Below are positions 19,882 to 29,681 of a stretch of DNA of 64,000 nt, one piece after another; position 1 is the stretch's first letter; each line of letters opens with the position of its first letter. The stretch is from an uncultured Alphaproteobacteria bacterium (lineage in GTDB: Bacteria > Pseudomonadota > Alphaproteobacteria > Rs-D84), in the NCBI GenBank assembly GCA_944392815.1, contig CALXXY010000001.1, forward strand, positions 64,001-128,000. The letters are read 5' to 3'. Both the position numbers and the translations under genes were made by a program. The notes beneath the pieces were generated by a model. That model ran no database searches and was not told the origin of the DNA. It saw only the letters and a program-made list of their open reading frames with translations.

Positions 19882-20664
19882 ATGCGGACACGGTTTATAA
19901 TTTTTGCGTTGGTATTATCTGGAATAACCGCCCAGGCAATGGCGGCAACTGATGAATTTGATTTCAACAATTTTGCCATAACTGAAACGGGCGATGCGGA
20001 TTTAACAACCGGCGATGTCACACTGAACGCGGGCGCGAATCCCATAACGGTCAGCAATTTTGATATTGCCGGCATTATGTTGGGTATGTCATTTGATGAT
20101 TTAGAGGCATTGTTTATCAAAACTAAAAGTGGTCTGTATTCCCCGCGGGAAAAGGACGCCGTTGTATATTCGATACAAAAAGAATGGAAATACAATCTGG
20201 ATTACGAATGCCGGCAACAGGGTATCGTTGTGCCCGATGAATTAAAGCAATGCGTGTATACGCTGGCGCGGGATCGGGGGTTGTTGTATGCGTCTGAATT
20301 GCACCTGGTGCGGGAAAATACGGGTGAAACGATTGATGTGTTTTTCACCAGCAACGCTGATGACAACGTGGTGTGGCGCATTTTATACAACAACGACGTG
20401 AACGAGATAGAGGGCGCACACGAAAAATTTGCCGACCAGCGCGAGAAAAAAATCCTGGCGTTCTGGCAAAGTGTTTTGGACAAATATGGTGCGCCCAATT
20501 CCGGGACAGACAAATGGATTTCGACAAATAATTCATATGACCCGATGATGACGGCGTATTATGGGTCGCTGGATTTGGTGGATATGGGCCGATATACGTC
20601 CGACATTGCCGAAAATATTCAAAGTGCCCGCGAAAATTTCCAGGCCAAACCATACGCGTTTTAA
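19882..20664 (+). CDS. Secreted hypothetical protein
   Basis: Signal peptide ending AQAMA; acidic mature part. Confidence 0.75.
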   Translation: MRTRFIIFALVLSGITAQAMAATDEFDFNNFAITETGDADLTTGDVTLNAGANPITVSNFDIAGIMLGMSFDDLEALFIKTKSGLYSPREKDAVVYSIQKEWKYNLDYECRQQGIVVPDELKQCVYTLARDRGLLYASELHLVRENTGETIDVFFTSNADDNVVWRILYNNDVNEIEGAHEKFADQREKKILAFWQSVLDKYGAPNSGTDKWISTNNSYDPMMTAYYGSLDLVDMGRYTSDIAENIQSARENFQAKPYAF

Positions 20665-20732
20665 CACCCGACAAATAACTTTACAAATTAAAACTATGTT
20701 TATACAATAGGCATACTATTAGGAGTTTTTTT

Positions 20733-21593
20733 ATGCCACGAGTGTCTGTATTGATGCCCACATATAATGCAGAAAAATATGTTAGTGCGGCGATTGAATC
20801 AATCTTGAACCAAACTTTTACAGATTTTGAATTTATTATCATAAATGATGGTAGTACGGATAACACCCTGCAAATCGTACGTGATTACGCCAAACAGGAC
20901 AAGCGTATTAAATTTATTGATAACAAAAAGAACAGTGGCATTGCCAAAGTTCGTAATCAATTATTAGATATTGCAAAAGGTACATATATCGCATATCAAG
21001 ATTCTGATGATATTTCATTACCAAATAGATTAGAAAAACAAGTTCAATATCTGGATACAAATAAAAACATTACTGTTGTTGGCGGCGGAATGAAAACATT
21101 TCCAAGACAAGAATTGATGACGGCGCCAGAAAACCCGAAAATTCTTGATTTTTATACGGCAAACGCCTGTTTTAATCCGACTGTTATGATACGAAAGTCC
21201 GATATAGATTCAATAAATTTACGTTATGATGAAACCTTACAAACCGCTGAAGATTATGATTTTTGGACCAAATTGGTTAAGCGATATAACATTTATAATA
21301 TGCCAGACGTATTAATAAATTATCGTGTATTGGATACCAGTTTATCACACAATAATCCACATCTTGATGAATGTAATAAAAAAGTTCAAAATAACATATT
21401 AAACTTTTTAACAAGTAATAAAAATACTGCTACCAGCTTATCTATAAAATACAGAATATTGCTGTTTGGTTTTCTGCCGCTGTTCAAACAAAAATACTCC
21501 AGGATATATTTATTTGACATCATCCCACTGTTAAAGAAACGTGGTTCTTGGTGGTATCTGTTTGATTTTATCCCGGTGTTCACAAAAAGGTAA
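20733..21593 (+). CDS. Glycosyltransferase family 2
   Basis: VSVLMPTYN, IIINDGSTD, DSDD, EDYDFW. Confidence 0.93.
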   Translation: MPRVSVLMPTYNAEKYVSAAIESILNQTFTDFEFIIINDGSTDNTLQIVRDYAKQDKRIKFIDNKKNSGIAKVRNQLLDIAKGTYIAYQDSDDISLPNRLEKQVQYLDTNKNITVVGGGMKTFPRQELMTAPENPKILDFYTANACFNPTVMIRKSDIDSINLRYDETLQTAEDYDFWTKLVKRYNIYNMPDVLINYRVLDTSLSHNNPHLDECNKKVQNNILNFLTSNKNTATSLSIKYRILLFGFLPLFKQKYSRIYLFDIIPLLKKRGSWWYLFDFIPVFTKR

Positions 21594-21601
21594 TTTTTAC
21601 A

Positions 21602-22489
21602 ATGACTAAACGCCTATTTATTTTTGCGGGGTATGACAAATTTCAACGTGTTGATGATACGTTATTATATTACCTAAATTCTTTGTCGGCGTTGGGTGAT
21701 ATTGTATTCAATATGGACAATGATTTGCCCGACGATGAATTGGCCAAAATCACCGCGATTCCACACGTTTTGTATGCAGCCGCACACAGGCATGGTGAAT
21801 ATGATTTTGGTTCGTACAAACGTGGATACATCTGGGCGCGGGACAATAAAATTTTGGACAAATATGATTGGGTGTATTTGGTGAATGATTCCGTATTCGG
21901 GCCATTCGTGCCACTGGAACCATTGATTGAAAAAATGGAAAACAGCGGTGCAGATTTCACAGGTATGTTGCGGCAGATTTTCACCCATTTGGACAACACA
22001 ATACATTCGTGGTTTACCGGACTGTCCAAGTCGATTGTAAATTCTGATTTTTTTAATGATTTTATCTGTAATGTTCACAATTATTCCAATAAATACGATG
22101 TAATTGTGCGATGTGAATTACGATTGAATCATTTAATCACAGCACGTGGATATAAAACTTTTGCCGTATTTGATAATACCGTGGATAATTGGGTTTACTG
22201 CAATCCCGTTAAATTATTGGAATATGATTTTCCATTTTTGAAAAAAAGTGCGCTGTTTCATATATCGGATTTCTGGCAATTATACGCGTTTGCCGATGAA
22301 TCAACCATGGATATGGTGCGCGCGTATACAGATAAATATGAATTATTTTTAAACCCCACTGTGAAATACGCACGAATTTATCAGTTCGCCCCATTCGGGT
22401 TGCCTGTATTCAGTATATATAAACGAGGGCATTCTTATAAATATTACCTGTTCGATGTCATTCCATTTTGCAGGGTTATCAAAAAATAA
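21602..22489 (+). CDS. Rhamnan synthesis F (RgpF)-like protein, copy 1
   Basis: RLFIFAGYD, YDFGSYKRG, LVNDSVFGP, HSWF, PFLKK. Confidence 0.82.
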   Translation: MTKRLFIFAGYDKFQRVDDTLLYYLNSLSALGDIVFNMDNDLPDDELAKITAIPHVLYAAAHRHGEYDFGSYKRGYIWARDNKILDKYDWVYLVNDSVFGPFVPLEPLIEKMENSGADFTGMLRQIFTHLDNTIHSWFTGLSKSIVNSDFFNDFICNVHNYSNKYDVIVRCELRLNHLITARGYKTFAVFDNTVDNWVYCNPVKLLEYDFPFLKKSALFHISDFWQLYAFADESTMDMVRAYTDKYELFLNPTVKYARIYQFAPFGLPVFSIYKRGHSYKYYLFDVIPFCRVIKK

Positions 22490-22500
22490 AGTTTAACAAA

Positions 22501-23391
22501 TTGGTCAAACGTTTATTTATTTTTGCCGGGTATGACAAATTTCAGCGTGTTGATGATACGCTGTTATATTACCTGAATTCTTTATCGGTGTTAGGGGATA
22601 TTATATTCAATATGGATAATGATTTACCCGATGATGAATTGTCAAAAATCACCGCGGTTCCCAATATGTTATCCGCAACCGCACACAGGCATGGTGAATA
22701 CGATTTTGGTTCGTACAAACGTGGATATATTTGGGCGCGGGACAATAAAATTTTGGACAAGTATGATTGGGTGTATCTGGTGAACGATTCCGTATTCGGG
22801 CCCGCGTTTGATTTGGCACACACGTTGTACAATTTGGAATCTGGCGACGCTGATTTTGTCGGTATGGTATGCAATACCACCCCAAACATTGCGCCGCATA
22901 TTCAATCGTGGTTTGTTGGGGTACGCAGGAATGTTGCCCTGTCCGCGGTGCTGCACGATTTTATTACGTCTGTCCACGCGCAATCCGATATTAGCGCGGT
23001 TATTGGCAAATATGAAATTGGGCTGACAACTGTATTGGAACAGCACGGATATAAATACACAACTGTATTTAACGACGCAACGGCCAAAATGTATTGGAAC
23101 CCGATTAAAATAATACGTGGTGGCGTGCCGTTTATAAAGAAAAAATCTTTGCCCCGGGTGCGCGATATCAATCATTTATATAAAATATTGCCGCCGCAAT
23201 TGGCGCGCGAAATTGGTGAATATGCGGTACGCTATGATGTGGACATTGCAAAAAATGAATGCGTATACCGTTTAACAGTTTTTGGGGCACCTGTTATGTC
23301 AATATACCAAAGAAAACACCCGGGGCATATCATACGAAAAACATATCTGTTCGGGTTTATCCCAATTCGAAAAACAGTGCAAACGTGTTGA
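22501..23391 (+). CDS. RgpF-like protein, copy 2 (TTG start inferred)
   Basis: Same motifs, HIQSWF, KYEIGLT, PFIKK. Confidence 0.8.
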   Translation: MVKRLFIFAGYDKFQRVDDTLLYYLNSLSVLGDIIFNMDNDLPDDELSKITAVPNMLSATAHRHGEYDFGSYKRGYIWARDNKILDKYDWVYLVNDSVFGPAFDLAHTLYNLESGDADFVGMVCNTTPNIAPHIQSWFVGVRRNVALSAVLHDFITSVHAQSDISAVIGKYEIGLTTVLEQHGYKYTTVFNDATAKMYWNPIKIIRGGVPFIKKKSLPRVRDINHLYKILPPQLAREIGEYAVRYDVDIAKNECVYRLTVFGAPVMSIYQRKHPGHIIRKTYLFGFIPIRKTVQTC

Positions 23392-23446
23392 TATTGCCCG
23401 TAAAAAACGCTGGACTTGCGGGGACGCATCCCTTATACTGGCACAC

Positions 23447-24355
23447 ATGACAAAGCGTTTATTTATTTTTGCGGGGTATGACAAATTTCAACGTGTTGAT
23501 GATACGTTATTATATTACCTAAATTCTTTGTCGGCGTTGGGTGATATTGTATTCAATATGGACAATGATTTGCCCGACGATGAATTGGCCAAAATCACCG
23601 CGATTCCACACGTTTTGTATGCAGCCGCACACAGGCATGGTGAATATGATTTTGGTTCGTACAAACGTGGATACATCTGGGCGCGGGACAATAAAATTTT
23701 GGACAAATATGATTGGGTGTATTTGGTGAATGATTCCGTATTCGGGCCATTCGTGCCACTGGAACCATTGATTGAAAAAATGGAAAACAGCGGTGCGGAT
23801 TTCACGGGTATGTTATATTTCAAACACGAAGTGACAGAATGTTTGCAATCTTGGTTTCTGGGGTTAAACAAACAAATTGTTCAATCTGATATTTTCGATA
23901 ATTTCATATCCAGCATAACGGCCCAACCTGATAAACATACCGTCGTTTTTAAATATGAAATGCGGTTATCACGTCTGTTGCAGACATATGGGTATACACG
24001 TTTTGGATTATACCAGCAAATATATACAGATATAATATACGACAACCCGGTTAATTTATTAATTCGCGGATTTCCGTTTTTGAAAAAAATTGCAAAGTAC
24101 AATTTGGAACGAATAACGTGGCTGTATCCATTCGCCGACCAGCCAGTAATTGACGATGTTATAAAGTATGTTGACCGCTATCAACTGTACCGGCCAGACA
24201 TACAGACAAAATATATAAAAACGGCGCGGTTGACCGTATTTGGAATTCCGATATTCAGTATTGCAAATCGACGCGATTCATACAAAATATACCTGTTTGA
24301 TTTGATTCCAATTTGTAAATATTACGACAGACGTTTATTAAAACCAAAGGAATAA
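23447..24355 (+). CDS. RgpF-like protein, copy 3
   Basis: N-terminal ~120 aa identical to copy 1. Confidence 0.82.
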   Translation: MTKRLFIFAGYDKFQRVDDTLLYYLNSLSALGDIVFNMDNDLPDDELAKITAIPHVLYAAAHRHGEYDFGSYKRGYIWARDNKILDKYDWVYLVNDSVFGPFVPLEPLIEKMENSGADFTGMLYFKHEVTECLQSWFLGLNKQIVQSDIFDNFISSITAQPDKHTVVFKYEMRLSRLLQTYGYTRFGLYQQIYTDIIYDNPVNLLIRGFPFLKKIAKYNLERITWLYPFADQPVIDDVIKYVDRYQLYRPDIQTKYIKTARLTVFGIPIFSIANRRDSYKIYLFDLIPICKYYDRRLLKPKE

Positions 24356-24361
24356 ATACAC

Positions 24362-24970
24362 ATGTTGTTCAAAAGGCATAAAAAATCAGATGTGTATCAC
24401 GTGTGGCGCCAAAGGAATCCGCACAATGACACTTATATTGCCCAATGGACCAATATCGATCGTATAAGTGTTGGGCGTGGTTCATATGGATATTTGTATG
24501 TGTTAAATGCCAGTGATAAAGATGTCCATCTGCGGATTGGAAATTACGTGTCAATTGGTAATCATGTGTGTTTTATTCTGGCCAGTGAACACCCGCATAA
24601 ATATTTGTCCACATATCCATGGCGTGTAAAATGCGGCGGCGAACAGTGCGAAGCACTGTCCAAGGGGGATATTATTATTGACGATGATGTTTGGATTGGT
24701 TTTGGTGCCATCATTAATTCTGGGGTGCACATTGGTCAGGGCGCGATTATTGCGTCTGGGGCCGTGGTCGTACACGATGTGCCGCCGTATGCGATTGTTG
24801 GGGGCAACCCTGCCCGTGTTATAAAATATCGCTTTGAACCAGAAATTATAGAAAAATTGATAAAATTTGATTTTTCAAAAATTAAAATCGATAAACATAA
24901 CTTGGATATTTTGTACAGGGAGCTGACGCCAGAAAATATAGATAATATTTTGCATCAGCTGCAGGAGTAA
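24362..24970 (+). CDS. CatB-related hexapeptide O-acetyltransferase
   Basis: [37 protein letters not shown]. Confidence 0.9.
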   Translation: MLFKRHKKSDVYHVWRQRNPHNDTYIAQWTNIDRISVGRGSYGYLYVLNASDKDVHLRIGNYVSIGNHVCFILASEHPHKYLSTYPWRVKCGGEQCEALSKGDIIIDDDVWIGFGAIINSGVHIGQGAIIASGAVVVHDVPPYAIVGGNPARVIKYRFEPEIIEKLIKFDFSKIKIDKHNLDILYRELTPENIDNILHQLQE

Positions 24971-24974
24971 ACAT

Positions 24975-25898
24975 ATGAATATCAAAATATTGGTGTGCTA
25001 TCACAAAAAAGACGTTTTGTATAAAAGCAATATTTTGGTGCCGATACACTGTGGGCGCGCTGTGGCAACAGAAAAGCACAAGGACGGTCAAATCAGCGCG
25101 GGCGATTACGATTGGCTGTTGCGCAATACAATTGGCGATGATACCGGTGACAATATTTCCAAATTAAATCGCGAAGTAAACGAAATGACCGCCATTTATT
25201 GGGCGTGGAAAAACTATGACAAATTGGGTAATCCCGACTTCATAGGGTTGTGCCACTACAGACGTTTATTTAATTTTGCCGATACAACGAAAAATCCATT
25301 GATGCACCGAGCATTCCCATATTTGTTTGGAAATACGAAATGGTGTGTAAAAAAATTATTACAAAAAAATCAATGCGTGTTAACAACGCCCGATGATTTT
25401 AATACAGAACCGGTATTACAGTGTACATGCCCGGCATTTGATAACATGTTGAATTTATCGGAAAAATATCACCCCAGATTGTATGCCGCACAAACCAGCA
25501 ATCAACGCGAACATTTGTTTTACGGCAAAAATATGTTCATTATGTCGCGTGATGATTTTTTTGATTATTGCAATGAAATATTCCCAATTATGTTTGACAT
25601 ACTGAACAATGAAAATCGTGGTGATTTGTTTATAAAATCTTTAACCGGTTATACCGAAGGGCTGTCAACATGGCTGCCCAGGTTGACGGGTTATGTAATG
25701 GAATATGTTTCATCGCTGTATTTTCTGTATCTGTCACATAACAGAAAAACTGCTGTGGTGAATTTTCAAATGATGCGTGCGCATTCTTCTGTTGCCAGAT
25801 GGTTGCTTTCTGTGGATAACAGAAAAATTCACGACAAAAAATACAAAGTTCTAATTCTGTTCGGATTCATATTTAAATTGCACGAGGTGACAAAATGA
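24975..25898 (+). CDS. DUF4422-like glycosyltransferase (possible galactofuranosyltransferase)
   Basis: ILVCYHK, GDDTGDNIS, EMTAIYWAWKN, IGLCHYRR. Confidence 0.85.
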   Translation: MNIKILVCYHKKDVLYKSNILVPIHCGRAVATEKHKDGQISAGDYDWLLRNTIGDDTGDNISKLNREVNEMTAIYWAWKNYDKLGNPDFIGLCHYRRLFNFADTTKNPLMHRAFPYLFGNTKWCVKKLLQKNQCVLTTPDDFNTEPVLQCTCPAFDNMLNLSEKYHPRLYAAQTSNQREHLFYGKNMFIMSRDDFFDYCNEIFPIMFDILNNENRGDLFIKSLTGYTEGLSTWLPRLTGYVMEYVSSLYFLYLSHNRKTAVVNFQMMRAHSSVARWLLSVDNRKIHDKKYKVLILFGFIFKLHEVTK

Positions 25899-26989
25899 AA
25901 AACTTGATCGTCGGTTGCGGTATTTCAGGCGCCAGTTTGGCACGATTGCTGGCTGAACATGGCGAACAGGTTATTATCATCGATTCCAAAAATCATATCG
26001 CTGGCAATATTTATGATTATTATGATTCCGGCATTTGCGTGCACAAATATGGCACGCATATTTTTCACACTGCGAATAAAACTGTGTGGGATTTTATCAG
26101 CCGTTTTTGCCAATGGTATCCATATCAGCACAAAGTTCGCGGCCTGATAGACGGGCAAATCGTGCCGATTCCATTTAATCTGAATACTTTGCACGCCGTG
26201 TTTCCGGATTCGTTGGCCAATAAAATCGAACAAAAATTGTTGGATAATTTCGGCCTGAATACCAAAGTGCCCATTCTGGAATTACGCAAAAAAGACGACC
26301 CTGATTTACAATTTTTGGCACAATATGTTTATGACAAAATCTTTTTGGAATATACGCTGAAACAGTGGGGACAAACGCCCGATGAAATCGATCCGGCGGT
26401 ATCTGGACGCGTACCAGTGTACGTTTCACGCGACGACAGATATTTTCAGGATAAATACCAGGGAATTCCCATCGGGGGCTATACCGCAATGGTTAAAAAT
26501 ATGCTGAATCATGAAAATATAACTGTGCGGTTAAACACGCCGTTTGACGCGGGCATGGAATATGATCGACTGTTTTGGACCGGCAGCATTGACGAGTTTT
26601 TTGGATATAAATACGGGGCATTGCCATATCGCAGTGAACGCTTTGAATTCATTACTTTCCCATTCGAACGGTTCCAGGACGTGGCTGTTGTAAACTATCC
26701 ATGCAATTACGATTTCACGCGAATTGGTGAATATAAACATTTCCTGAATGACCAATCTGGCAACACAATTGTGTCGTATGAATATCCTGAACCGTTCCAG
26801 GACGGCAAAAACGATCGATTTTATCCCATTGCTAACCCGCAAAACGCTGAACTGTACAGCAAATACCTGGGCATGGCGAACGAATTGAACAATGTGTATT
26901 TCCTGGGGCGGTTGGGGGATTATAAATACTATGACATGGACAAAGCCGTCGCGCGCAGTTTCGATGTGTTTAATTCACTGAAAAAATGA
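25895..26989 (+). CDS. glf: UDP-galactopyranose mutase
   Basis: HKYGTHIFHT, YTLKQWG, YFQDKYQGIP, GRLGDYKYYDMD. Confidence 0.96.
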   Translation: MKNLIVGCGISGASLARLLAEHGEQVIIIDSKNHIAGNIYDYYDSGICVHKYGTHIFHTANKTVWDFISRFCQWYPYQHKVRGLIDGQIVPIPFNLNTLHAVFPDSLANKIEQKLLDNFGLNTKVPILELRKKDDPDLQFLAQYVYDKIFLEYTLKQWGQTPDEIDPAVSGRVPVYVSRDDRYFQDKYQGIPIGGYTAMVKNMLNHENITVRLNTPFDAGMEYDRLFWTGSIDEFFGYKYGALPYRSERFEFITFPFERFQDVAVVNYPCNYDFTRIGEYKHFLNDQSGNTIVSYEYPEPFQDGKNDRFYPIANPQNAELYSKYLGMANELNNVYFLGRLGDYKYYDMDKAVARSFDVFNSLKK

Positions 26990-27327
26990 CATCGTATACC
27001 ACTGGGATTTGGGCGGAATTTGTGGCGTGCATGTATTTGCGGCTGCACGGGTTTCGCATATTGCGCCGGCGATATGTGACCGGGCGATATACTGGGCGCG
27101 CAGAAATAGACATCATTGCACGGCGCGGAAATTTACTGATTTTTGTCGAAGTCAAACGCCGCCACGATGTTATAACTGGGCTGGACGCGGTCACAGCGGC
27201 ACAATCTGTGCGCCTGCGCCGGGCGGCGGAAACATACATTGCGCGCGAACAGTGGCGCGGTGACGCACGTTTTGATATCATAGTGGTCGCGCCGCATAAA
27301 ATCAGTTGGATTCGCGGGGCAATATAG
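26986..27327 (+). CDS. YraN family (UPF0102) nuclease-like protein
   Basis: EIDIIARRGNLLIFVEVKRR, RFDII. Confidence 0.9.
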   Translation: MTSYTTGIWAEFVACMYLRLHGFRILRRRYVTGRYTGRAEIDIIARRGNLLIFVEVKRRHDVITGLDAVTAAQSVRLRRAAETYIAREQWRGDARFDIIVVAPHKISWIRGAI

Positions 27328-27395
27328 TTTGACATTGCAAAATGACTGTTTGTCCGTTATAATGCAGTATGCTTTTTACGTGAAAAGGAGAAACC

Positions 27396-27542
27396 ATGAA
27401 AAAAGTAATGTTGGCATTGTTCGCCGTTTTGACACTGTCCGCCTGTATGGGGCATTATAAACAGGGCAATTGCGAATACGATTTCCTGCTGCACAAAGAC
27501 ATTTCCATTTCCAAATGGATTGGCGCAGCAACAGGTTGCTAA
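27396..27542 (+). CDS. Small lipoprotein, YhfL/DUF4223-like (48 aa)
   Basis: Own translation MKKVMLALFAVLTLSA-C-MGHYKQGNCEYDFLLHKDISISKWIGAATGC; resembles YhfL CxYDYLLHPAISISK; AAGGAG RBS, downstream terminator. Confidence 0.8.
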   Translation: MKKVMLALFAVLTLSACMGHYKQGNCEYDFLLHKDISISKWIGAATGC

Positions 27543-27650
27543 ATAAAACCGGGGCATTCGCCCCGTTTTTATTAGAGTGTAGAGTGAAGAGTTTAGAGTG
27601 TAGATGTTGTCCGCGACAAAGCATCGATTGTTATCGCCTGCGCGCAATTT

Positions 27651-27727
27651 TGCGTGCCACAGGTACCTATTCCGACGCTTGTGCAGGGTTCTCACACCCC
27701 ATCGATGGAACACCCATCGACATTTTT
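27651..27727 (-). repeat. 77-bp leader-like structured repeat, copy 2
   Basis: One mismatch vs 7346-7422. Confidence 0.85.
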
Positions 27728-27782
27728 ATGTTGATGTTTAGTATTGCTTTGCCGTGGCTGGGACGATAGAATTATATGCGTT

Positions 27783-28502
27783 ATGAAATACATTGATGTT
27801 CATTGTCATTTACAAAATGCAGATAATATTGGCGCAACACTGAACGCCGCGCAATCGGTGGGTGTGTGCGGCGCGATCTGCAATGCCACCGCGCCGGACG
27901 ATTGGGCACGGGTGCGACAAATTGCGCGCGAATATAAATCTGTGCGCGGGGCAATTGGTGTGCACCCGTGGCGCATTCATGATTTATCGGGCGACGCATG
28001 GGCGCGCGATATGTATGATATTCTGTGCGACAATCCAGATTTGATGATCGGCGAATGCGGGCTGGATAAATTTCACCCAGACATGTCGCAACAATTGAAC
28101 GTATTTAACACGCAATTACAAATGGCTGCGGAATTGGGGCGGCCTGTGTTTATTCACTGCGTTGGGGCGTGGGACAAAATGTTTCAGATTTTAAAATCGC
28201 GCAAATCGCATTTGCCGATGATAATGGTGGCGCATGCTTTTAATGGATCCGCCGAGATACTGACGCGATTAATTAACGAATATAATTTTTATATTTCAGC
28301 GTCCCCAATGATTCTGGATAATAGGCGCACGCGATTGCTGGACGCGATGCGTGGCGCGCCCATTAATCGGATTTTAATCGAAAGTGACGGCACCAATCCG
28401 GCCGACGTTATTTCTGTGGCGGGGCGCGTGGCAGATATAAAAAATGTTGCGCAATCTGAAATCGCCGATATTATTTATAAAAACACCATCGGGATTTTAT
28501 AG
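27783..28502 (+). CDS. TatD family hydrolase
   Basis: IDVHCH, GVHPW, IGECGLD, IHC, ESD. Confidence 0.92.
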   Translation: MKYIDVHCHLQNADNIGATLNAAQSVGVCGAICNATAPDDWARVRQIAREYKSVRGAIGVHPWRIHDLSGDAWARDMYDILCDNPDLMIGECGLDKFHPDMSQQLNVFNTQLQMAAELGRPVFIHCVGAWDKMFQILKSRKSHLPMIMVAHAFNGSAEILTRLINEYNFYISASPMILDNRRTRLLDAMRGAPINRILIESDGTNPADVISVAGRVADIKNVAQSEIADIIYKNTIGIL

Positions 28503-28503
28503 C

Positions 28504-29223
28504 ATGGACGCTTTGCACAGAACATCTTTGTTATTGGGTGCGGACGCAGTTGCCAAACTGCGTGGGGCGACTGTTATGGTTGTGGGGTGTGGCGCCGTTG
28601 GTTCGTTCGCGGCCGAGGCCCTGGCCCGCACCGGCGTTGGACACATAATTTTAATTGATTCAGATGTTATAGAAGAATCAAATATAAATCGCCAATTGTT
28701 CGCGCTGCAATCCACCCTGGGGTTGCCAAAGGTTGATGTCGCGGCGGCACGCATTCATGATATTAATCCAAACATTCGCGTGACGCCGATGAAACTGTTT
28801 TTTGATGATACAACAGTGTTGGATTTTACGCCAGATTTCGTAATCGACGCGATTGATTCTGTGCCGTCAAAAATCGCGCTGTACAAATGGTGCGCCATGC
28901 GACGTGCGCCGTTTATATCCAGTATGGGGGCCGCACGAAAATTTGACCCCACACAAATTAAAATCGCAAAAATATCAAAAACGACGGTTTGCCCATTGGC
29001 CGCAAAAATTCGAAAACTGGTGCGCGCGGAACGGTTGCCAGATTTTTATGTGGTGTATTCGACTGAACCCGCTGCGCCGGTTTCGCAATCTGATGGCGCG
29101 CGCGTTTTCGGTTCGTTGATAACTGTGACGGGCACGTTCGGATTAATGGCCGCGAATTTCGCGATTAATTCGATATTATCGCGGGGCGAACAATTGCGGC
29201 AACATGCGCCCGCACATATGTAA
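28504..29223 (+). CDS. tcdA: tRNA threonylcarbamoyladenosine dehydratase (ThiF family)
   Basis: GCGAVGSFAAEALARTG, SNINRQ, DAIDS, SSMGAA, CPLA. Confidence 0.88.
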   Translation: MDALHRTSLLLGADAVAKLRGATVMVVGCGAVGSFAAEALARTGVGHIILIDSDVIEESNINRQLFALQSTLGLPKVDVAAARIHDINPNIRVTPMKLFFDDTTVLDFTPDFVIDAIDSVPSKIALYKWCAMRRAPFISSMGAARKFDPTQIKIAKISKTTVCPLAAKIRKLVRAERLPDFYVVYSTEPAAPVSQSDGARVFGSLITVTGTFGLMAANFAINSILSRGEQLRQHAPAHM

Positions 29224-29355
29224 AAATTCCCAAATTTCCGCGCCCAGGAACGTTTTCCCATTTGCAGTATTACGATTGCAACGCGTGCATAAAGTGGGTA
29301 TAATTATCGTGTCTTTACCAAAGACATTTTACACTCACGAAAGGAGAAAAAACAG

Positions 29356-29571
29356 ATGAGAGGACTGACAACATATGTGTTAATGCCACTGACGATTATC
29401 GGTGCCCTGAACTGGGGATTGATTGGAATCTTTGGCTTTGACTTGGTTGCGTTCATTTTTGGCCCGATGACCATCGCCAGCAGCATTGTGTACAGCATAA
29501 TAGGTATTGCTGCGTTGGTTTGGGTTATTTGGATGTTTATCGACAGACCAAAACACAGCAACGAACGCTGA
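29356..29571 (+). CDS. DUF378 membrane protein
   Basis: IIGALNWGLIGIFGFDLVAFIFG. Confidence 0.9.
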   Translation: MRGLTTYVLMPLTIIGALNWGLIGIFGFDLVAFIFGPMTIASSIVYSIIGIAALVWVIWMFIDRPKHSNER

Positions 29572-29681
29572 ACATAGTGTCAAAACAGTATTTTCATGTC
29601 AATCGCCCCTGGTGGGGCGTTTTTATATAGTTGACAAAATAAAATCATTTGCTATTATTTTGTCAACCAAGGTAATATAAC

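Noticed and set aside
24362-24970. Chloramphenicol/streptogramin resistance gene
   Set aside because: A CatB-like fold inside a polysaccharide locus is more likely a sugar O-acetyltransferase.
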